Shown here: piece by piece, positions 1 through 15,642 of the stretch
Numbering within the stretch: position 1 is the first letter of the stretch
How the letters are laid out: each line of letters begins with the position of its first letter
From: Octopus bimaculoides
Taxonomy: Eukaryota
NCBI RefSeq assembly: GCF_001194135.2
Contig: NC_068998.1
Location: 46,603,988 to 46,667,987, forward strand
DNA length: 64,000 bases
Reading direction: 5' to 3'
Notes under the pieces: model-generated
What the model saw: only the letters and a program-made list of their open reading frames with translations
Told to the model about the DNA's origin: nothing
The model's database searches: none
Translations under genes and position numbers: made by a program

Positions 1-1234
1 ATATTTGTATATATATATATGTGTGTGTATATATGTGCATGTATATATATGTTTATATATATATGTGTGTATACGCATGCACACATTAGCATTGTGAGCT
101 ACACCAATCCTCCAAGCTGGTTGCTACTGCATAATCCCCAAGGCCTCACCTTCCCCTATCGGGAATCAGGTTTTCATACTGCAACAACTTACGGTTCAGA
201 GGTCCACAACTCTTCCGATGATAATCTTGCTGTCTTGCCAAAGATCTCTGAGAAATCTATACGGGGTGAATGTAAATGTTTGTTTACAATAGAATAAATA
301 CCACCACTATCACCACCAGCATCGCCACAACTCTGCCAAATACTATTGTTGTACTGCCCACATCATCATCACCATCACCATAACCACTACATCACCACCA
401 GCATCTCTTCCACCCCCACCACCATACACATTACAACGAACACTTCCTCTTACACTGACGTGTGTTCCCTGAACACATTTGACATTCAGTTTTCTCAAAC
501 ATTACTCAACACTTATTATTATTATTATTATTGTTGTACCTTATGACCCCTACACACACAATCTTGCTATGCTGAAAGTTTCCGATACAATCTGCTTTTG
601 CACTGAATGACATCCAATGACCCGACCCCTCCCCTCTCTGAATCCCTTCCTCCAGTTTTTACTAACTTGCATATTGTAACAATAACACTGACCCCCCCTA
701 CTTTTAGCATAGCCATGTTTATTCATAAAAAGTTCCACTTAAACTACTTCTGATCCTTTTTTTTTTAAACTAGAAATCACTGTTGTAGGTTTAAATACAG
801 TGATTGGCTCAGCTAACATTACACTCTACTTGAGCAAGGGAGACAATTTCATATGTTTCTGCCTTTTTAGCTGTTGTCAGTAGCCTCTTCATTGCCTGCT
901 GGTATTATAGTCATTTATTGTTACTACATATCTGCTGCGTCCTTCTTGCTATAAATGCCAAGATAAAAACCAGTCTGTTAATTTTAAACCTCTTATATGT
1001 TTTGTACATATTTTATCAACAAGCTCACTTCAATCTCAGTTTCTTTTGTGCTCTTCAGTATACTGGGCAGCAAGTTGACCGATACTGGTTTTTGTTGGTT
1101 GCAGATTTTCTCTGCATCTGGCTATGTTATGGCGTTTCTCACATCTGTTATGAATGTTCTATGCCATGTAGTGGCCAGTCTTCTCTTTCTTTTTCTCTTT
1201 AGTGGTGTCTGTTTAAAAACTGTATTACAATGGC

Positions 1235-1268
<34 letters not shown>

Positions 1269-2159
1269 GTTTGTATTTGTGTGTCTGTGTTTTTCCCTCC
1301 CCCACCATCGCTTGACAACTGATGTTGGTGTGTTTATGTCCCCATAACTTAGCAGTTCAGCCAAAGAGACTGATGGAATAAGTAACTAGGCTTACAAAGA
1401 ATAAGTCCTGGGGTCAATTTGTTCGACTAAAGGCGGTGCTCCAGTATGGCCGCAGTCAAATGACTGAATCAAGTGAAACAAAAAAAAAGGAAAGAAAATA
1501 GGATAGAAAGTATGTGGATACATGAATGTTGTGGTCCTCCCGATACAGAAGACCCTCAGACTAGGGCCAGTCAAGAAACCCTACAGATTCAGGATTACCC
1601 TGACCACCAAAGACTCGAGCTTTTATCCAACTGTTATTTTCCACTTTTCTGGGGCATGCTGGGAGAAGGTTCATTCATCTTAATCATTTTTGCCACTATC
1701 ACCTATCTTTTTACAAATTCACTGCGACAGAGAACTTTTCTTGCCACCCTTGCTTTATTTTCCAAGTGGAACTCAAAAAAAGGGCAATGAGGCCTTAACA
1801 GAAGAGGAAGGTGTCTTTCCTTAATCTTTTCAGTCATGTCCAATGCAAATCAGTGGTAGAAATTACAGTTGCCATCTGTATGTGAGAACAATAACTGAGT
1901 TATCGTTAACATGTTGTGAGCATAAGAAAGCTAATTAGAGCTAATTAATTATGCATCGAGGAAAAATTCAACATTAGCTGCAGGACTTTTTGAGAAAATA
2001 AAAAAGAAAAATGTGTTAGTTCATTGTATTTATAATTGGACAGTAAACATATTGTTGCAGCTGTCAGGATGGGCGAGGGTGGCTTGGCAGAGAAACATGC
2101 AGATAAACAACTATGGTAATTACAACAACAACAGCAGCAATAAGAATGACAATAACAAG

Positions 2160-3200
2160 TATAACAACAATTTAATTCCAACAGCAACAACAACTTGAAC
2201 AATATGCAGGAAATGCAATAATTTTGTACGACATAGGCGGTGGCTGAGACGATGGTTTGAGGATGGGTTGTCTACAGTGGTGATGGTGGTGGTTTTGATG
2301 GTGATGATGGTGGAAGTGTTGATGGTGGTGGTGTTGATGACAGTGGCGGTGATGAAGGTGGTGGCACTGATGAGGATGGTGGTGGTGGTGGTGGTGGTAA
2401 CGGTGTGCATTGGTGGGGATAGTGTGGGTAGCAACGGTATTAGTAGTGGTGGTATACTTGCAGTGTGGTGATGGTGGTAGTATACCATGTAGAGAGAGAG
2501 AGAGGGAAAGAGAAAGAGAAAATTGTGTCAATGGAAATGGAAATGAAATTTTTGGCGGCAATAAAATTTGCATGGTATCATAAATAGGCTCTGAGTCATT
2601 TATAGTACTGGTGATGGTGGTGGTGGTGGTGGTATGGGTTGTAGTTGTGGTGATGCTAGTAGTGTTGGTGTATAGGTAGTAGTGATGATTATGGTTGTAG
2701 TATAGGCAGTAGTGCTGGATATGGTTGTAGTAATATAGGTAGTAGTGCTGGTTGTGGTTGTAGTATAGGTAGCAATGATGGTTATGGTTGTATATAGATA
2801 GTGAGGACAGCAGTTACTACTACTGCTACTGCTGCCACTACTTCTATTACTGTTGCCTCCGCTGCTGCCACTACTACTACTACTACTTCTACTACTACTA
2901 CTATTGCTACTACTACTACTGCTTCTACTGCTGCTACTACCACTACTACTGCTGCTGCTACTATTACTACTACTACTACTACTAAAAACAATATCACACC
3001 ACCACCACCACCACCCAAGCTACAACAGCCATCACCACACCATCACAATCTATACTGCACCATGACATGATTCACCACACCATTATTACAACCACAATGA
3101 CCACCACCATCACCTCCACTACCACCACATTACCATGAGCTGCACTACATCACTGTTGTAACCACCCCACCACCACCGCTGCTGTCACCACTACTACCAT
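2160..3200. repeat. Compound trinucleotide low-complexity tract (GGT/GAT/TAC/CAC)
   Basis: Visible directly; source of the poly-V/T/H ORFs. Similar tracts at about 18230-18680, 20100-20545, 26930-27200 and 37990-38815. Confidence 0.9.
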
Positions 3201-3323
3201 CACTGGTTGCTTTCACCTACAATTTACAAGTGTTTCTTTGTGTAATGTGTTATAAAGCTAATTTATATATTATGTTAATTTATGTCAACAAATTTGTGTT
3301 AGTTTATGATCATTTATATATAT

Positions 3324-3812
3324 ATTGGGTCATCCTATAAATAATGGGATATTTTCAATTGCATGAACTAAAAGTCGGAGGGGGACGGGATAAACTACCT
3401 GCATCAACTTGCTGTAAAAGCAGGTAGTAATTTTACCTTGTCCTTATTCTTAGTGCAGGTTTTGAAGAGTGCAGTTCGATTTTAACAGCTATTTTATCAA
3501 AGCTATAATGGAAATGATAAAGGAGCTTATTTGGCATATTTTGCTTTACAAGTTCAAGAAAGGCAACAATGCAATGGAAAATGCGAAGAATATTAATGCA
3601 GTATATGGGGATTGGACAATAAGCGTAATCCGGTGTCAATAGTGGTTACAGAGATATAGAGCCGGAAACTACAGCCTAGAAGGTGAGCCTCATCTTGGAA
3701 GATCTTTAGAGATTGAGGATGTACTGCAAACTCTGGTGGAACAAAATTCTGTCGTAACTAAGAAACTAGCAGAGAAGCTTGGATTTGGTCATTCAACCAT
3801 TCTTCGACACCT
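3324..3812 (+). mobile_element. 5' fragment of the same mariner family
   Basis: Starts tattgggtcatcctataaataatg (same TIR as 40920). Translates to FKKGNNA...WLQRYRAGNYSLEGEPHLGRS...LAEKLGFGHSTILRHL (mariner HTH region) with stops. Confidence 0.85.
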
Positions 3813-5168
3813 GGTATTTTCAGATGTGCCCATAAGCATTGTCTATCTTGGATAATACTAATCTGTGTGTCTTTTCTTTTAAGATAGTTGTGTGAAAGTT
3901 GAGGGACATGATTTAGCTGCTCTTTTCAGTGTGTTTATCAGTCAAACAAAAGGACATGGTCCCTAGATGTAGCGTTTCATATATTCAACTTTATTTTTCT
4001 GTTTGTTTAAGAGATACCCTGTAGAATATTGTATTGTAAACCTAGTGAATCCACACAAGTATGACAAAAAATGTGCCAATGAATTACTTATTGGTCTGTC
4101 TATCTGTGTGTTTGTGTGTGTGTGTGTGTGTGTCTTTTACTTGTTTCGGTCATTAGACTGTGGTCATGCTGAAAAAATTGTCAAATGAATTAACTCCAGT
4201 GGAACTTGTGTGTTGTTAAGACCGGTAATTATTCTGTTAGTCTATTTTACTGAACCGCTAAGTTACGGGGGCATAAACACAAGCATCACTGGCTTTTTAA
4301 AGAAAAGGTGAAATTAACAATTGTAATGTCATCAATGGTCAATCCAGCTTTTGAATAAAATATCTGTTGACTACATTTTCTTTTGTAGTGAGTTCTTATT
4401 CTTTGAAATTATACACATACACACGCCCCTACCCCACCCCATCTATACAGGTATCTCATTTCCTTTTATATCACCACTATACACACTTGTTTGGCAAGTG
4501 TTGTGTATTGCAAAGGTGAATTCTTAACATACAGGGCAGAAAAATAATAAAAAGCACTTTGTAATACACACACACACACACACACACATTAGAATGAAAT
4601 TCTAGGCTCTTGAGTCACAAAAGATTGAGTTCAGTTTCTACTTCTCAAATCAAAGACACATTCTCACATGACCATGCCCCCCCCCCACACACACACATAC
4701 ACCCACATAAAATCATATGTAAGACAAATTGATATGACACAATCACATTGAGGCATATAGTGTGTGTGTGTGAGATTTGGGGCTTGGCTGTTTTTTTATT
4801 CTTTTTTTCCAGAAAAAAAAAACTAATGAAAAGAAAGAAATCACATGGGAGTGCAACTATTATATTGTCTTAGTCTGCAACATGACATGTCTGCTTTTAT
4901 TCGTTTATTTGTTTCGGTCATTTGACTGTGGCCATACTGGAGCACCGCCTTTAGTTGAACAAGCCTAGTACTTATTCTATCGGTCTCTTTTGCCGAACCG
5001 CTAAGTTACAGAGATATAAACACAGTGTATGATTTAAACTTAGGAGTTTAGGACACTGAAATAGAGAGAGAGAGAGGGGAGGGGGAGAGATAGATATATA
5101 AAGAGACAGCAATCAAAAAATTTATGGTTTTTGTTAGTTGGTCTCACATACCCATCTCTCTGTTTCGT

Positions 5169-5208
<40 letters not shown>

Positions 5209-6357
5209 CCACACACACATTCAATCTGTCTTGCACACACATATGCTCTCTCTCACACACACATTCTCTCTCATATTCTCTAGTGCTCTCTCTCACATTC
5301 TCTCACTCTCTCACATTTTCTATCTCTCTTACATTCTCACTCTGACACTCACATACACACTCTTTTTCACATAACACACACACTCTCTCCCTCTCTCTGA
5401 CACAACACATGCTCTCTCCCTCGCACACACTCGCTCTCTCTCTCTCTCTCTCTCTTACACACACTCTCCCTCTCTCTCACTCACACTCTCCCTCTCTCTC
5501 ACTCACACACACACTCTTCTCCTCTCTCCCTTTCTCGCCATTTGCTCACAACAGACTCCTAAATGCATTTAACACATGTCTTGCTTTGGTATGTTGGTTC
5601 CCTGACGATGAATATATGTGCAATTCCAGCACCTCTTACTTCTTTGGAGTAGAGTGCACATATATTTTGAAACATATGTAGGAATTAAAGGAACTTATTG
5701 ATTATATGCGTTTTGCTCCATTTATTATTATTCTTCATATCTACTTAAAATATATCATTTTAACTTGGTATTTCTACCTATTAACCGGTTATGGTATCCC
5801 AGTTTTCTGTAATTTTTGCTACCCCGGTAACTATTAATATTTTCATTATCGAAGTTTTTTCAACTGAGATAANNNNNNNNNNNNNNNNNNNNNNNNNNNN
5901 NNNNNNNNNNNNNNNNNNNNNNNNNNNNNNNNNNNNNNNNNNNNNNNNNNNNNNNNNNNNNNNNNNNNNNNNNNNNNNNNNNNNNNNNNNNNNNNNNNNN
6001 NNNNNNNNNNNNNNNNNNNNNNNNNNNNNNNNNNNNNNNNNNNNNNNNNNNNNNNNNNNNNNNNNNNNNNNNNNNNNNNNNNNNNNNNNNNNNNNNNNNN
6101 NNNNNNNNNNNNNNNNNNNNNNNNNNNNNNNNNNNNNNNNNNNNNNNNNNNNNNNNNNNNNNNNNNNNNNNNNNNNNNNNNNNNNNNNNNNNNNNNNNNN
6201 NNNNNNNNNNNNNNNNNNNNNNNNNNNNNNNNNNNNNNNNNNNNNNNNNNNNNNNNNNNNNNNNNNNNNNNNNNNNNNNNNNNNNNNNNNNNNNNNNNNN
6301 NNNNNNNNNNNNNNNNNNNNNNNNNNNNNNNNNNNNNNNNNNNNNNNNNNNNNNNNN

Positions 6358-6393
<36 letters not shown>

Positions 6394-6671
6394 TTTATTT
6401 AATGTTGATGATAATAATTTATGCACTTATTTAAATTAGTATATACATATATGTGTATGTTCACTTTCCATATTGGCACAGGATATATATATATATAATA
6501 TGTGTATATGTATATATATAGTCTAGTTAAATGTAGGTAGATAATGTACATTTGTATGAGTCTGTTTCCATATATATCTTCATGTTTAAGTATGTATGCT
6601 CACACACACACACAGCTGTCTATTGAAGTATGTAAGTGTATTACACTATCTCATTTATTGACACCTGTGTA

Positions 6672-6703
<32 letters not shown>

Positions 6704-7429
6704 ATATATATATAAACACTGGGACAAAAGAAGATATATAACCTAGATTAGATAATCTGGCATTTTCAAACTTCAGTCTTTTATTTAGTTCAACACCCCT
6801 TACCCACCTGTATGTCATCACCACCACCACCACCACCGCCGCCATGTGTCGTTACTGCCACCAATGTCGCCCTCACCCTCACCACTTCCACTACTGCCAC
6901 CCCTCCTTGTGTCACTTCCTCCACATTGATTTGTTGTTAGGTAAAAATTTAATTTGATATGCACAAATAACTCAATGAAATTTTTTTTTCCGTTTGTTTT
7001 TAGAAAACTTTATTTCTTTGTTTTGTTTTTTTATTAAGAAAAGCAAATGTTTAGAGATTTTCTAAAATGTATTTTTAAAAAATTGTGAAGAAAAAAGTGT
7101 ATGCAAAACGTGTGTGTGTGTTTGTGTGTGTGTGTGTGTTTGTGTGTGATGAGTAGGATAAAGAAAATGTGTGTATGACCTAGCATGTGTGTGATTTATG
7201 TATTGTGTACAAAAGGTGTGTATAAAAATTGTGTGAAAAAAGTATGCTGTATAAAATTGGTGTATGATTGTGTAGGTGTGTGTGTATGTGAGTGTGTATG
7301 TGTGTGTGTGTGTGTAGAAATAGTGTATTAAAACTATGTTAGCAGGATTCGAAAAATTATGTCAATACAAATAATGTGTAAAAATTGTTTAATAATAATG
7401 ATAATAATAATAGCAATAATAATAATAAT

Positions 7430-7643
7430 GGTTTCAAATATTGCCACAAGGGCAGCCATAATGGTAGAGGGGATAAGTCGATTACATCGATCCCCAGTAC
7501 TTGACTGGTACTTATTTTATCAACCCCCAAAAGGATGAAAGGCAAAGCCGGCCTCCGCGGAATTAGAACACAGAACATGACAAAAGACGAAATACCACTA
7601 AGCATTTTACCCAGCATGCTATCGATTCTGCCAACTTGCCACC

Positions 7644-7678
<35 letters not shown>

Positions 7679-7880
7679 CCTTTCTACTATAGGCACATGG
7701 CCTGAAATTTTGTGGGATGGGTGTAAATCGATTATATCGACTCCCAGTGCTTGAATGGTACTTAATTTATCAACCCTGAAAGAATGAAAGGCGAAGTCAA
7801 CTCAGAATGTAAAGACAGACAAAATACCGCTAAGCATTTTGCGCAGTGTGCTAATGATTCAGCCAGCTCGCCGCCTTTGC
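7430..7880 (-). mobile_element. Two tandem SINE family B copies separated by (AAT)n
   Basis: Each has ...ctggtacttattttatcaacccc.aaaggatgaaaggc.aag...aataccgctaagcattt...gccagctcgccgcc. Other copies at about 8170-8315(+), 17310-17505(-), 30145-30420(+), 30890-31095(-), 34040-34160(+) and 50075-50230(+). Confidence 0.8.
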
Positions 7881-8620
7881 TTGTAACCTCAATAATAATA
7901 TGTATAGTAATATATATATAGAGCTCAGGTGTACTGCGACTTGTTGGAAAATAATAAAGGGCAGAGAGAAAGGAGCAAGTAAAGAAAGACAGAAATGAAA
8001 ACCGAAATTACATGCATTGTCCAATATCCAATGTCCAAGACTTCACTCTTGAAGGAGGAACTCGTCCCTGGACTCCTTCCACTGCTGTCTATCTATGGCC
8101 AATGCTGGCCCTATCGGCCCCAAATAGCTGATGAGATCATCTCACTTTTATGTCTTTGGTCAGCCTGTTTAGTGAAGTTTCTTTGAGCTTTATGTTCTAA
8201 ATTCAAAATTCCACTGTGGTTTTCTTTACCCCCCCTTTTTTTATCCCCCTTTTGGGGTCAATAAAGTAAGTACCATTCAAGCATTGGGTTTGATGTAAAT
8301 CAACTATCCCCCCCCCCCNNNNNNNNNNGTCTGACAAAAGAAAGAATTATTATGGAGGGCAATGTGTGTGTGTTCTGGAATCCTCCAATGTCTGGTACTT
8401 ATTGTTTGTGCCATTGTATGGGTTGATGGTTGCAGGTCCAGGACTTTGTACTTTTTATCCTGAGATAAAAGGGGTGACGATGGTAGGTAGGGTGTGTGTG
8501 TGGGGGGGAGGAAGTGACTGATTAAATAAATTACCTCCTCTTCTCATTACCCCCCTCCTTCTGTGACTCTTTGTGTCTCATCTGAATAAATATGTCTAAC
8601 ATAATCTCCAGCTGGTGTGC

Positions 8621-8664
<44 letters not shown>

Positions 8665-9190
8665 GTGTGTGTGTCTGTCTGTCTGTGTGTGAGTGAGTCT
8701 CTTTCTCCAGCTCTCACAACAGACACTCTTTCTCATATGTACTCTCACTTCCTCTCTCACATACACATGCCTGCTCCCACTCACTCTCAAAACGTTTCCT
8801 CCTTCTTTCTCTCAAACGTTTCTTCCCACTCTATTAGCCTTTCTAGATATTCACTCCCCCCTCTCTCTCTTTCCCTCTTTCATACGCACTATTGCTCTCT
8901 TTCTTTCACACTCACATGCACTTCCCTTCATGTGTATCACACATGTCTCTCTCTCGCACTTCCTCCCCCTCTCTCATACACCTTTACTCCCTCCCCTCCT
9001 CTCTCTATCTCTTATAATGTCATAGTTGACAAAAAGTAAATCTGGATTATATTTATCCTTTTTCCTTTCACCAATATTTAATTACCAGTTTAATTACTAC
9101 TGTTTAATTACCTTGCTCTCTCTCTCTCTCTTTCTCGCCCTACCCATACTTCCCTGTTTTTGTCATCTTTGTACTTCCACATTAACAGAA

Positions 9191-9243
<53 letters not shown>

Positions 9244-9432
9244 NNNNNNNNNNNNNNNNNNNNNNNNNNNNNNNNNNNNNNNNNNNNNNNNNNNNNNNNN
9301 NNNNNNNNNNNNNNNNNNNNNNNNNNNNNNNNNNNNNNNNNNNNNNNNNNNNNNNNNNNNNNNNNNNNNNNNNNNNNNNNNNATATAGTCACTCATGCAC
9401 ATACACACAAAAATGTACTTTCATTTACACAT

Positions 9433-9468
<36 letters not shown>

Positions 9469-9615
9469 TTACTCATGCACATATACTCACACTACACCCT
9501 CATCCATTCATACACACACCTTCACTCACACAACCACATTTACTTCCTTCTCCCTTCTCACCACCATCACATATACATTCACATTCATATATTTACTGCC
9601 ACACACCCACGCACA

Positions 9616-9649
<34 letters not shown>

Positions 9650-9657
9650 GTAGGTGT

Positions 9658-10030
9658 AGGCATGGCTGTGCGGTAAGAAGTTTGCTTCTCAACCTCGTGG
9701 TTTCAGGTTCAACCCCGCAGCATGATATCCTTGGCGAAATGTTCACCAAGGTGTCATGCATGGGGCTTACTGAAGCCTTGTGAATGAATTTGGTAGAATG
9801 GAAACTGAAAGAAACCTATTTGTGTGTGTGTGTGCGTAATGTTTGTGTCTGTTCCACCACTGCTTGACAACCAGTGTTGGTTTGTTAACATCCCTGTAAC
9901 TTGGCAGTTTCGCAAAGGACATTGATATAATAAGCACCAGGCTTTAAAAAGTAATACTGTGATCAATTTGTTCAATTGAAAAGCACTTCAATTTCGATGC
10001 CCCAGCATGGCCACAGTGCAAAGACCAAAA
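9658..10030 (+). mobile_element. SINE family A copy
   Basis: Same head, body and tail as 50408-50817. Further partial copies at about 1265-1490(+), 4135-4300(-), 4900-5025(-) and 13890-14090(-). Confidence 0.8.
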
Positions 10031-11504
10031 AAAAAGTAAAAGATAAACGTGCCAGTTTTCTCCTCACTTGGTAGTTCATTATAGTCTGATGCTCTACCGA
10101 CTGAGCATCAGATTACAGTAGGGGTAAACTTGGATGTGAGGGAGAATTCCAGAGGATAACAGTTCAGGGGAAACAGGATTGGGTTAAACGAGGCATTTAG
10201 TAACACAGTGTCATTAGTGCTACCCGGGTCATTTTCGAGGTTTGTGTATCATTTTCTTGTGTCTCGACGTCTAGAATACGAAAAAGTTGGAAGGAAGAAC
10301 TGGTGAGACTTCCAATAAGGTAAAAAATCCGGCTGAAAAAATTGTACCCCAACACTATTGACATGATGTTTGCTCACTCAAACTCGGATCAGAGAGTTTA
10401 GTGACACACCATCGTAAGCACACATGCTCAATCAATGACTTTGGTCTGGCCCCTGTATCGTTTTTGGAGATGTTATGGCTCATTTTCTAATATTCCTTGT
10501 TACCATTGTAATGATAATGGGCTATTATCTTACAATCTTCTCTTACTTAACTCTTAAAGATATTTACCTTGGTATATTAAAACACAAACAATACCTTTGA
10601 GGGTGGGGTCTCTTTATGTTTTTTTTTTTCTCTGGGTATTATAACTAAAATATGCGATGTGATACACCATTTTGTAGTACTGATAGGTCTTCACAGTCAT
10701 TTTAAGACCCAAACCAGCTCCCTAACTTCGTTTCTTACTGAGATATCACATTCTCAAAGTCGTGAAACTNNNNNNNNNNNNNNNNNNNNNNNNNNNNNNN
10801 NNNNNNNNNNNNNNNNNNNNNNNNNNNNNNNNNNNNNNNNNNNNNNNNNNNNNNNNNNNNNNNNNNNNNNNNNNNNNNNNNNNNNNNNNNNNNNNNNNNN
10901 NNNNNNNNNNNNNNNNNNNNNNNNNNNNNNNNNNNNNNNNNNNNNNNNNNNNNNNNNNNNNNNNNNNNNNNNNNNNNNNNNNNNNNNNNNNNNNNNNNNN
11001 NNNNNNNNNNNNNNNNNNNNNNNNNNNNNNNNNNNNNNNNNNNNNNNNNNNNNNNNNNNNNNNNNNNNNNNNNNNNNNNNNNNNNNNNNNNNNNNNNNNN
11101 NNNNNNNNNNNNNNNNNNNNNNNNNNNNNNNNNNNNNNNNNNNNNNNNNNNNNNNNNNNNNNNNNNNNNNNNNNNNNNNNNNNNNNNNNNNNNNNNNNNN
11201 NNNNNNNNNNNNNNNNNNNNNNNNNNNNNNNNNNNNNNNNNNNNNNNNNNNNNNNNNNNNNNNNNNNNNNNNNNNNNNNNNNNNNNNNNNNNNNNNNNNN
11301 NNNNNNNNNNNNNNNNNNNNNNNNNNNNNNNNNNNNNNNNNNNNNNNNNNNNNNNNNNNNNNNNNNNNNNNNNNNNNNNNNNNNNNNNNNNNNGTTACTA
11401 ACCCCTGCTGAAACCAACTCTGGTTCCTTAGTACAAATGTCTTGTTTTCATGGGTATTGAATTAAAATCTTCCACCAAACCTTAGTCACAGTGCTGCAGC
11501 ACGG

Positions 11505-11697
11505 AATTTTGTCAGTGAACAGGTCGCGGTCTCAAAGCGACGAAAATATTTTGACAAAATAAATTTAAATGTTGAAGTGAATCTAACGGTTTTTGTGTGT
11601 TATTTTAAATGGCTTATAAACACCTTCCACGCTGCAATTGTTTTCATTCCAGCACATGATCTCAGATCAGGTCACTTGCTATGCAAGTACATCTCCG

Positions 11698-11698
<1 letters not shown>
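11505..11698. mobile_element. Single arm of the same foldback MITE family
   Basis: ttttgtcagtgaacaggtcgcggtctcaaagcgacgaaaatattttgac...cttgctatgcaagtacatctcc matches the arms at 50248-50973. Confidence 0.6.
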
Positions 11699-11739
<41 letters not shown>

Positions 11740-12169
11740 GTCTATATTTGTATATACATCACTGTATATCTATGTGTATATGTATGTGTATAACTATGTA
11801 CATGTATGTGTATATCTATGTGTATATGTGTATACCTCTACCACCACCACCACCTCAGTCACCATTCCCATCATCACCACCATCATCAAGTCTTCCCTCT
11901 ATTAACCCAACAGTATGTCCTTGAATGTCTGTCTGTCTGTCTATCTGTCAGTTGCTCAGTCTGTCTCTCAGTCGGTCTCTCTGCAAGCCTGTCTGTTGGT
12001 CTGTTTGTTTCTCTGCCTGCATATCTCTCTGTTGGTCTGTCTGTATGTCATCTGGTCTATCTACCAATCTGTCTGTCTGTCTCTAACTGTCACATTTTTG
12101 AAAGGGTGTGGGTTTCATTTTAGCTAACTTAGCATAAGTTATGTGTGTGTGTGTGTGTGTGTGTACATG

Positions 12170-12202
<33 letters not shown>

Positions 12203-12242
12203 ANNNNNNNNNNATGTGTATATATGTGTATGAGTTTATGAT

Positions 12243-12274
<32 letters not shown>

Positions 12275-12637
12275 CATATATGCACACATGTATATATGTA
12301 TGTACATGTGTGTGAGTATATGTATGTATGCACGTGTTAGTGTATATGTAGTGATGCTGGAATCTGTTATTAAAATGAGTCACAGGAACTAAGTTAACCG
12401 TTATTGTTGTTGTTGTTTCCCTCCACGTCACACTACCTCTCCCTTATTCCCCCCCACCCTCTTTGCACCCTTGTATACTTACACGTCTGACCCTCCCCCC
12501 CCCGGCACGCAATACAACTCCCAGTCCCCTTCATCCTCCTCTGACAACATACACACGCATATGTATACATGCATGCACATGTGCATGTATACACACAGCT
12601 GTATACGCATGTACACGTGTTCAAACACGCATACACA

Positions 12638-12681
<44 letters not shown>

Positions 12682-15169
12682 CACACATATGTACACACTA
12701 ACCTTTATGCATATACATACACACACACACACATACATACATACACTGACACGTATATATGTACTCACACATAAACACACTGATACATACATACACACAC
12801 ACACATACACTCATACATACACACACACACACACACACGCACACACACNNNNNNNNNNNNNNCACTGCTGTGCAGCAGGGTAAATATATTAAGACTTGGG
12901 GGTTGATAGATGAGGCAGGGGAATGAAAAGGATATGATTGTTGTTGTTGTTTACCCCCAAATCATCTCTCATCGAGCAGACCTTATTACCAAAAGCAATC
13001 CAGTGGTGACCATCCCATTACATATTTTCTTACACACAAGGGAACACAGGACATTATTCAACATCTGAGAGGGTGAGGTGTAATTTGAGTGAGATTTGGC
13101 TGCTATTTCATGCAGATTGTGTGACCACATACTGGTTTCTTCATTAGATTAGAAGGAAATAGTGGTGGTAGTGGTGGTGGTGGTAGTAGTGGTGGTGGTG
13201 GTAGTAGTAGTAGTAGTTGGAGGAGTATCACCACTAAGTGACTAGTTTCTTTTTTGTTGTTGAAGACTGGGGTTTTAGGATTATGAAACATTTTACTGTA
13301 CCAAACATACATCCTACCTCATTCCAGGCTGTAACATCTGTCAATATCTTCAAAACCAGACACATCTACATCATGATGTTGGGCCCTAAACTACCCCTAT
13401 AATATTCCTATTACCGCTTACATCTACATGCCAACCTAGTCCAGATCTACATGTACATACATGTAGACAGACATGCAAACACACTGTCAATGTGTCCCAC
13501 ATGTTGTTGATGTTGCTTAACCCTGAGTCAGCCCTGATCAAATACAACTAAGATCAAAGGTAGTCTAGCCATGACCATCCTGTCTTTTTTTTATGTGCAG
13601 TGAATGCATGACTACATTACCTAGTGTGTTGGTTTCTAATATGGTGGATTAGAAATGGATTTACCGATTTAAAGGAGATTTGGCTGGTATTTCTAGCATG
13701 TCAATCTATCATGCAGAGGCTCTCCCCCATTAGTTTTACTTCATGACACTTTCATACCACTCCCTCCCTCCCTGCATCCCACCCTCCTTGCCTCCCACCT
13801 TTCCTCTCTGACTCCCACCCTTCCTCTCTGCCTGCCACCCTCCCTAAACTGCATTTCAAAGAACAACACTGGGCAAGGCAATTTGCAAGTGAGAGTTGTC
13901 AACTGTCTCCAATACAGTGCCATTCGTCTTTCAGTTTTCACCCACCGGATCCCCTCACAAGGCTTTGATCAGTCTAGGGCCATAGTGGAAGACATTTGTC
14001 CAAAATGCCACACATTAGAACTGAACCCCAAATCACATGGTCGGAAAGTAAGCTTCTTGACCATTAAGCCAATCCAGCGCCTATTTAGGCTAACACAAAA
14101 GACAGAGTGAATGCATGCTTGATAATCTTCTACAATGTAAGCAATATGGAAAATTATTTTTAAAAAATTATTTCTTCAATGCATAAATACTGTCCTGTGA
14201 TAATCTAGAGACCCATGATCAGCCTGGATTAATATATCCAAGAACTTTCTGGAACAAATGCAACACAAAAACAACAGCACTACAACACAATAGAAGTATA
14301 GTGTAATGAACTATGTTATTTGTTTTTACAAAGACAAAGTGGGGATGGTTTCAATATTATGGAAAATGGTTCGTTATCAGGATGAAACAGAAAGTTCTAT
14401 GGAAATAGTGGTTACAACAAAAGTCACATATGAGATCCATGTAGCTTTCATTGTAAAACGCTGCTTCTGAGGAAATTTTTTCTTTTTTTTTTTTTGCTTT
14501 TTCTTGATGGTGGGCCTATTGTTCAAAATGTCAAACACTGATTTCTTTTTTCATCACAATGTGAAATTAATTAACCTTGTACTTCTGTTCTTTTATTGAT
14601 ATTGACATGTAGAAGGGGTGCACATTTCAAGGAATGGTGGGTTAGTGGGGATAGGTGCACTCAATTAGGCCAGTTCCACACTACCCCAGTACAAGACTAG
14701 TATTTTATCATGTCTCTTATTCCACCAAAAATGTGAAAGGGTTGACTGAATGTGTGCACACACACACACACACAAATTTTCTATAAGTGTATGCATGTAT
14801 GTACATATGTTTGTTCATATCTGGATTGAGTGGTACTGCTCAAGTGTTGAAACCCTAGTGGTATCTGTCAGACAGCTGACGATGGGATGCATATATTTGT
14901 TGTGTTTGTCTAATTGTAAATGCTTTACATTGTGGACCTTTTGTATTTTGTATTCTCGTTGTTTCAGTGTTGTCCTCCGTTGAGGGGTTCTGGTAAGAGT
15001 TAGACTTCTTCAGGAGATTTATAGCTTATGCTAGTCTTATTGTATACACAACACACTCATGCATACACACACACTCATGCATACACACACACACATGCAT
15101 GCACGCACACACACACACACACACTCTGTGTGCATGTGTGTCCCATGCATATGTATATATAAACTCATG

Positions 15170-15642
15170 TCTTTGATCAATCCTTGCTATGAATTCGTGG
15201 TGGTTGGCACTCCGTCGCTTACGACGTTGAGGGTTCCAGTTGATCCGATCAACGGAACAGCCTGCTTGTGAAATTAACGTGCAAGTGGTTGAGCACTCCA
15301 CAGAGTTGTCGGGGATATTCAGCGTGACACACACAGTGTGACAAGGCTGACCCTTTGAATTACAGGCACAACAGAAACAGGAAGTAAGAGTGAAAGAAAG
15401 TAGTGATGAAAGAGTACAGCAGGGTTCGCCACCATCCCCTGCCGGAGCCTCGTGAAGCTTTAGGTGTTTTCGCTCAATAAACACTNNNNNNNNNNGGGTT
15501 CGCCACCATCCCCTGCCGGAGCCTCGTGAAGCTTTAGGTGTTTTCGCTCAATAAACACTCACAACGCCTGGTCTGGGAATCGAAACCGCGATCCTATGAT
15601 CGCGAGTCCGCTGCCCTAACCACTGGACCGTTGCGCCTCCAC
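15170..15642 (-). mobile_element. SINE family C copy split by a 10-N gap
   Basis: Matches 24775-25056; 15422-15485 is repeated after the gap. Confidence 0.8.
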